Positions 58,666 through 64,000 of a stretch of 64,000 nt of DNA are shown piece after piece. The position numbers were made by a program, and so were the translations under genes. The stretch's first letter is position 1; each line of letters begins with the position of its first letter. The notes below the pieces were generated by a model that saw only the letters and a list, made by a program, of their open reading frames with translations, searched no databases and was not told the origin of the DNA. Origin of the DNA: Candidatus Omnitrophota bacterium (GTDB lineage: Bacteria; Omnitrophota; Gorgyraeia; Zapsychrales; Zapsychraceae); assembly GCA_023247445.1 (NCBI GenBank), contig JAHFGL010000007.1:17910-81909 (forward strand). Reading direction: 5' to 3'.

Positions 58666-60249
58666 TTAGACCTTAACCAATTTAACAAAAACAATATCTT
58701 TTGTTTTCTTAAGTCGCTCAATGATTTCTTCAGGAACAGCGCTGTCAACATTAACAACACTAATGGCAATCCCATTTTGTGCTTCACGTCCTAAAGAAAT
58801 ACCGGCGATATTAACCTTGGCCTCACCTAAAATCGTCCCCAGTGCACCAACAAGTCCTGGTTTATCATTATTATTAATGAATACCATGTATCCTTCTGGC
58901 ACAGCCTCAACGTACACTTCATTAATTTTGACAATACGTGGTTGTTTGTTTCCAGAGATTGTTCCCAAAATCGAAAACTCTTCCTTATCAGTAATGACTT
59001 TAACTTTAATACAGTTTACAAATTCTTCTTCGACGTTTGATTTAATTTCCTGGACGTTAACCCCTCGTTCCTTGGCTAGATCTAACGCGTTAATAAAATT
59101 AACCGTCTCGCCAAGAATCGGTGACAAAAAACCATTAACTAAAGACATTGTAATCGGGGCCACTTTGTAATTATTGACGACGCCGCTATAAGTGATTTGA
59201 ATTTCCTTCATACGGCCGTTGATAAGTTGGCCAGCAAATTTCCCCAAACGAAATCCTAAGTTGATATACGGCTCCAATATTTTATACGCCTCGGCATCAA
59301 CCGATGGAAAGTTGGCGGCGTTGACAATGCCCTTACCTAAAAGAGCATCACGTACTGTTTCTGCAATTTCAATGGCAACATTGACCTGGGCTTCTGATGT
59401 CGATGCCCCAAGATGTGGCGTTAGAACACAATTATCTAATTTCAAAAGCGGGTGATCAGTGGATGGAGGTTCTTCTTCAAAAACATCGAGCGCAGCCCCT
59501 GCGATACGTTTATCCTGTAAAGCTTTGGCAAGCGCAGTTTCACTAATAATACCGCCACGCGCACAGTTGATGACACGCGCCGTTTTTTTCATCAAACCAA
59601 ATTCTTTTTCACCAATCAAATTACTCGTCTCTGATGTCTTTGGAATATGAACCGTAATGTAATCAGATCTTTTCAAAAGCGCATCCATTTCAACAACCTC
59701 AATACCACGCTGGGCCGCAACCTCCATTGACAAAAATGGATCGTAGGCAATTACCGTCATGCCAAAGGCCTTGGCAAATTTTGAAACCGTTGACCCAATT
59801 CGACCAAGTCCAACAACCCCAAGGACTTTCCCATAAAGCTCAACTCCCGTAAATTTGGAACGATCCCATTTGCCTGATTTTAACGACGCACAAGCCTGAG
59901 GGATATTACGCGATAACGCCAAAATCATACTCATCGTGTGTTCCGCGGTTGAGGTGGTGTTGCCCGCCGGGGTATTCATCGCCACAATTCCCTTTTTAGT
60001 CGCGGCTGTTAAATCAACATTATCTAAACCCACCCCGGCACGACCGATAAATTTTAATTTCTTTGCCGCTTCGATGATATCTGCCGTCACGTCCGTTGAA
60101 CTACGGATAATAAGTGCATCATAATCTTTGATAACTGATTTTAATTCGTCCTTAGGAAGATTATATTTACAGTCAACGGTAAATTCCTTTACCGCTTTTA
60201 AAATGGCAATTCCCTCGTCAGCAAGTTTGTCACTAATTAAAATTTTCAT
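58666..60249 (-). CDS. serA: D-3-phosphoglycerate dehydrogenase (type I, ASB+ACT)
   Basis: GRAGVGLDNVD, GLGRIG, NCARGG, DVFEEEP, TPHLGAST, ACT motif DKPG. Confidence 0.97.
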   Translation of the reverse strand: MKILISDKLADEGIAILKAVKEFTVDCKYNLPKDELKSVIKDYDALIIRSSTDVTADIIEAAKKLKFIGRAGVGLDNVDLTAATKKGIVAMNTPAGNTTSTAEHTMSMILALSRNIPQACASLKSGKWDRSKFTGVELYGKVLGVVGLGRIGSTVSKFAKAFGMTVIAYDPFLSMEVAAQRGIEVVEMDALLKRSDYITVHIPKTSETSNLIGEKEFGLMKKTARVINCARGGIISETALAKALQDKRIAGAALDVFEEEPPSTDHPLLKLDNCVLTPHLGASTSEAQVNVAIEIAETVRDALLGKGIVNAANFPSVDAEAYKILEPYINLGFRLGKFAGQLINGRMKEIQITYSGVVNNYKVAPITMSLVNGFLSPILGETVNFINALDLAKERGVNVQEIKSNVEEEFVNCIKVKVITDKEEFSILGTISGNKQPRIVKINEVYVEAVPEGYMVFINNNDKPGLVGALGTILGEAKVNIAGISLGREAQNGIAISVVNVDSAVPEEIIERLKKTKDIVFVKLVKV

Positions 60250-60275
60250 AAAGACTCCCATTCCATGTCAACTAA

Positions 60276-60348
60276 TGTCATTCCCTCGAAAGTGGGAAAC
60301 CAGAAATAATAATACTATTTCTGGATCCCCACTTTCGTGGGGATGGCA
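60276..60348. repeat. REP/dRS3-like inverted doublet (copy 3)
   Basis: TGTCATTCCCTCGAAAGTGGGAAACC...GGATCCCCACTTTCGTGGGGATGGCA; close to the reverse complement of copy 2. Confidence 0.8.
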
Positions 60349-60361
60349 ACTAAACAATTAA

Positions 60362-61501
60362 TTACTGATTAAAAAATTTCTGAGCAGCAGCCACTCCAGC
60401 TCCTAAATTAAATTTGTATCCCATTTCATTAAGCACTTTTTCAAAACAGGATAAACAGGTAAGAATATCAAACTCATCGATGCATCCCATATGCCCGATG
60501 CGTATAATTTTTCCTTTTATTTTATCCTGCCCACCAGCGACTGAAATCCCATAAGTATCACGCATGGTTTTAACAAGTTTCTCACCATCAATGCCCGCTG
60601 GCAGATTAATCGCCGTTAAGACATTTGACTGACAAGATTTATCCGTGAAAATGCTTAAACCTAAAGCATAAGCCGCTTCTTTCGTCCCTTGGGCAAGCCT
60701 TGCATATTGTGCAAATAATTTTTCACGACCGATTGATTTCATCGAACGCAAGCTCTCAACAAGCGCAATAACAATCCCAATAGCCGGTGTATACGGTGTG
60801 TCTGTCTTTGCCGCTGCGTCTTTGGCGACTTTAAGATCAAAATAATATCGTGGTGTTTTACACTCGTTAATTAATTTGAAAGCTTTGTCATTAGCGGCGA
60901 GAAACGCAACGCCCGGCGGCAACATAAAACCTTTATGCCCAGCGGAAACAACAACATCAACCCCCCAAGCATCCATTTGCATATCAATTATTCCAAGCGC
61001 GCTGATAGCATCAACAACCAAAACAGCATTCGTTTTTCGAACGACGTCTGCTACAGCCTTTATATCTGTCGTGACCGCTGTAGAAGTTTCACTCGCCGTC
61101 ACAAATACAGCTTTTATATCTTTTTCTTTATCTAGAACTTCTTTAATCTGTGATGCCGAAACCGCCTTGCCCCATTCAACTTTAATCACATGAGTCTTAG
61201 CGCCAAAAGTCTGACAGAGCTCAACCCAGCGTTCACCAAATTTTCCGCCATCAATCGCGATCACCTTGTCACCGGCAGATATAAGATTGGAGACAGCCGC
61301 CTCCATCGCGCCAGTTCCTGATGATGTCAAAATCAGAACATCACTTTTGGTTTGAAAAAAATATTTAAGACCTTCATTGGCCTCTTTTAAATTTTCTTGA
61401 AATTGCGGTGTGCGATGATGAATGATTGGCCGACCCAGCGCTGCACAAATGTCCGGAGGAATCTGTGTTGGGCCAGGGGTGAGCAGTAAATTTCGTTTCA
61501 T
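60362..61501 (-). CDS. Class V PLP aminotransferase (alanine-glyoxylate/serine-pyruvate family; likely phosphoserine aminotransferase role)
   Basis: LLTPGPT, HHR, SGTGAMEA, VDAIS, GHKGFMLPPG, RIGHMG; directly upstream of serA. Confidence 0.9.
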   Translation of the reverse strand: MKRNLLLTPGPTQIPPDICAALGRPIIHHRTPQFQENLKEANEGLKYFFQTKSDVLILTSSGTGAMEAAVSNLISAGDKVIAIDGGKFGERWVELCQTFGAKTHVIKVEWGKAVSASQIKEVLDKEKDIKAVFVTASETSTAVTTDIKAVADVVRKTNAVLVVDAISALGIIDMQMDAWGVDVVVSAGHKGFMLPPGVAFLAANDKAFKLINECKTPRYYFDLKVAKDAAAKTDTPYTPAIGIVIALVESLRSMKSIGREKLFAQYARLAQGTKEAAYALGLSIFTDKSCQSNVLTAINLPAGIDGEKLVKTMRDTYGISVAGGQDKIKGKIIRIGHMGCIDEFDILTCLSCFEKVLNEMGYKFNLGAGVAAAQKFFNQ

Positions 61502-61541
61502 GACAAATAAACCTTTCTTGCCTTTATGTTGCCTCTAAATT

Positions 61542-62159
61542 TTATTTTTTGTGCTTGGCAGGATTCATAAGGACTTCATCAATAAGGCCATATTCTTTAG
61601 CCTCTTGCGCAGACATGAAATAATCGCGGTCACAATCTTTTTCAACCCGTTCAAAAGGTTGAGCAGAATGGTTAGCTAAAATTCTGGTTAACTCTTCTTT
61701 CATTCGTAAAATTTCTTTGGCTTGAATAGAAATATCGCTCGCGGATCCTTGTGCCCCGCCCCAAGGTTGATGAATCATAATACGAGAATAAGGAAGCGCG
61801 AATCTTTTCCCCTTGGCCCCAGCGGCCAAAAGTAATGATCCCATGCTAGCCGCTTGTCCTAAACAATAGGTACAAACGCTCGGCTTAATAAATTGCATTG
61901 TGTCATAAATCGCAAGCCCGGCGGTCACTGATCCCCCCGGCGAGTTAATATAAACATTAATATCTTTGGACGCATCTTCACTTTGCAAAAATAATAACTG
62001 CGCAATAATTAAATTAGCCACATTGTCATCAATGGCGGTTCCAATAAAAATAATACGCTCTTTAAGTAGGCGCGAATAAATATCGTACGCCCGCTCGGCA
62101 TGGCCCGTCTTTTCAATAACCATTGGAACAAGAAGTTGTGAATTAAGATCCATCTCCAT
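61542..62159 (-). CDS. clpP: ATP-dependent Clp protease proteolytic subunit
   Basis: [41 protein letters not shown]. Confidence 0.98.
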   Translation of the reverse strand: MEMDLNSQLLVPMVIEKTGHAERAYDIYSRLLKERIIFIGTAIDDNVANLIIAQLLFLQSEDASKDINVYINSPGGSVTAGLAIYDTMQFIKPSVCTYCLGQAASMGSLLLAAGAKGKRFALPYSRIMIHQPWGGAQGSASDISIQAKEILRMKEELTRILANHSAQPFERVEKDCDRDYFMSAQEAKEYGLIDEVLMNPAKHKK

Positions 62160-63049
62160 CATTTTGCCTCTTCCCATTTGGCCTCCTTTAAAAGAAATTC
62201 CATTACTTTGGCTGGAATGTTTTCATTCTGTGCAATTTCTATTTTTTCTAATTCGGCGATCTTGGCAAAAATAAAATAAAGTTTGATATCTTTATCAATG
62301 GCCTCTGTTAATTCCTTTTTCATTTGCTCTTCACGTTTTTGAATTTCTTCATCTGACATCCCTTGTGACTTCAATCGATTCGTTGTTTCTTTCATGCGAT
62401 GTTCTAATTGTTTCTTAACCAAGGATTGAGGAACCATCAACTTTGAATGTTTTAAAAGATCTTCCACAATTTGATTTTCAATATCCAATCGATTGTGGCG
62501 ATCCTTATCCATCTCCAGTTGTCGACTCAACGATTTCTTGAAATCATCAAAACTCGGATACCCTAAACCACGGGCAAAGGTATCATCCAAGGCGACTTCT
62601 TTTTCTCCTTGACCCTTTTTAAAATATTCCAAAGTTTTGTTAATTTCCTCATCGGTGACCTGAGAACTTTTTCTTTTGACGTTGATTTGTTTATAATCTT
62701 TAACCTGAACTTCTGGTCGGATATCTAACTTCGCGGTAAAAGTGATCACCCCATCTTTAAAACTGACATCATTGATATCAGGCATATCAATAGGATCTAA
62801 TTTTTCTTTCTCAATAGCTTCTTGATAGGCTTCTGGAATTAACGACTTTAAAACCTCTTCTTGAGCAACATGGCTGTGTTCTGATTCCAAAAGATGGCGA
62901 GGCGCTTTTCCTGGACGAAAACCTTTAATCTTCGCCACTTTTCCTAACTCTTTATAAACCTCTTCGAGTCTGGCCGTCACTCTTTCTTTGCCGATTTGAA
63001 ACTTTAACTCTCTTCGAATTGGATCTACTTTTTTAACTTCAAGCAACAT
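62159..63049 (-). CDS. tig: Trigger factor, short form lacking the FKBP PPIase domain
   Basis: GFRPGKAP ribosome-binding motif, VTDEEI, LDDTFA, C-terminal helical domain; 296 aa; upstream of clpP. Confidence 0.88.
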   Translation of the reverse strand: MLLEVKKVDPIRRELKFQIGKERVTARLEEVYKELGKVAKIKGFRPGKAPRHLLESEHSHVAQEEVLKSLIPEAYQEAIEKEKLDPIDMPDINDVSFKDGVITFTAKLDIRPEVQVKDYKQINVKRKSSQVTDEEINKTLEYFKKGQGEKEVALDDTFARGLGYPSFDDFKKSLSRQLEMDKDRHNRLDIENQIVEDLLKHSKLMVPQSLVKKQLEHRMKETTNRLKSQGMSDEEIQKREEQMKKELTEAIDKDIKLYFIFAKIAELEKIEIAQNENIPAKVMEFLLKEAKWEEAK

Positions 63050-63064
63050 GATTACACTCCTCTT

Positions 63065-63793
63065 CTACATTCTGAATTTTTCACCTAAATAAATTTTTCT
63101 CGCCTCTGGATCATTGATGAGTTCCTGCGCTGTTCCAGAAATGAGAATTTTTCCTTCTGCGATCAAATACGCCCGATCGGTAATCGCCAATGTTTCACGC
63201 ACGTTATGATCTGTTAAAAGAATTCCTAATCCCCGGGCTTTTAAATCTTTGATAATCTCTTGCGCCTCGGCAACGACGATGGGGTCAATTCCCGAAAAAG
63301 GTTCATCCAATAAAAGAAATGATGGATTTGTGACCAAGGCGCGGGTAATTTCTAAACGTCGGCGCTCTCCACCGGACAACGTATACGCCTTACTTTTGGC
63401 TAAATGTGCAATATTTAATTCTTCTAAAAGAGCATCTAATCTTTTTTTTCTCTCGCGCGGACTAATTTGAAGCGTTTCTAAGATCGCCATAATATTTTCC
63501 GCAACGGTCAACTTACGAAAAATCGAGGATTCTTGAGCTAAATATCCCATCCCTAAACGGCTTCGATCATGAATAGGTTTTTTCGTAATATCTTCATTAT
63601 CAAAAAATACTTGGCCCTCATCCGGCGCAACAATACCGACAGCCATATAAAATGTTGTCGTCTTTCCCGCCCCATTAGGCCCAAGTAAACCAACAATTTC
63701 TGAACGGCCAACGGTAATTGACGTTCGATCCACAACACGTCGACCACCATAGGCCTTAACCAAATTTCTAGTTTCCAAAAGCTGAAGCGCCAT
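63065..63793 (-). CDS. lptB: LPS export ABC transporter ATP-binding protein
   Basis: GPNGAGKTTTFY, YLAQESSIFRKL, LSGGERRRLEI, LDEPFSGIDP, TDHNVRETL. Confidence 0.97.
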   Translation of the reverse strand: MALQLLETRNLVKAYGGRRVVDRTSITVGRSEIVGLLGPNGAGKTTTFYMAVGIVAPDEGQVFFDNEDITKKPIHDRSRLGMGYLAQESSIFRKLTVAENIMAILETLQISPRERKKRLDALLEELNIAHLAKSKAYTLSGGERRRLEITRALVTNPSFLLLDEPFSGIDPIVVAEAQEIIKDLKARGLGILLTDHNVRETLAITDRAYLIAEGKILISGTAQELINDPEARKIYLGEKFRM

Positions 63794-64000
63794 CTTTTCC
63801 TTGTTGTGTATTCATAATTAATTTCGGTCGTCCAGAAAGAGTAAGCTTCTGATTAGTCGCATTATAAACGGCTTTATCCGCAAAGGTTTGATTTTCTCCC
63901 TGAACAATCTCAACATTCCCAAGACAAATCATTTCTTTGATCGTACTTTTGGCATTATCAAAATATACTTCCATCCGATCAGCCTTGAGCGTCTTACCCC
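63768..64000 (-). CDS. LptA/OstA-like protein, C-terminal part (gene starts beyond the window)
   Basis: Frame open to the window end; KADRMEVYF...GNVEIVQ...ADKAVY...LTLSGRP; upstream of lptB. Confidence 0.8.
   Translation of the reverse strand, partial: GKTLKADRMEVYFDNAKSTIKEMICLGNVEIVQGENQTFADKAVYNATNQKLTLSGRPKLIMNTQQGKDGASAFGN

Noticed and set aside
367-63750. Many plus-strand and alternate-frame ORFs in the track (e.g. 14990-15487, 46780-47215, 47679-48119, 58721-59170)
   Set aside because: They are shadows of well-supported minus-strand genes, with no recognisable motifs

Overview
AT-rich bacterial chromosomal segment made almost entirely of housekeeping genes. About 60 CDSs lie on the minus strand and only rpmB is on the plus strand. 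LPS-export genes (lptA/lptB) indicate a diderm. The long-loop L28, short trigger factor, N-terminally short PrmC and orphan TadA suggest a PVC-group lineage, possibly Ca. Omnitrophota (inference only). Content: translation genes (argS, trpS, proS, prfA/prmC, infB/nusA/rimP, rplS/trmD, rpmB, rpmE, rsfS, tgt/queA), a split trp cluster lacking trpE, polA/recJ/ruvB/scpA/rnhB, uppS-cdsA-dxr-rseP, folD-fchA, serA with a class V aminotransferase, purA, glgA, several peptidases and lemA-htpX. I saw no rRNA, tRNA, CRISPR array, prophage or transposase. The best candidate for an undescribed system is at 7530-8205. There, a 56-aa basic gene missed by the ORF track, with its own promoter and strong RBS, resembles the crenarchaeal chromatin protein CC1. 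It lies directly upstream of an rsfS gene whose full-length form must start at a non-canonical codon, most likely AUU. Other notable items: several intact ORFs with lost catalytic residues (LepB Ser->His, an FAD-reductase fold without nucleotide-binding motifs, a CcdA-like protein without its Cys, FolD YxxxQ beside FchA), a MORN-TM-PAS protein with no output domain, two candidate translational RNA switches, and two families of palindromic intergenic repeats, one of which forms the C-terminus of PrmC. All family calls come from motif recognition, not database searches.
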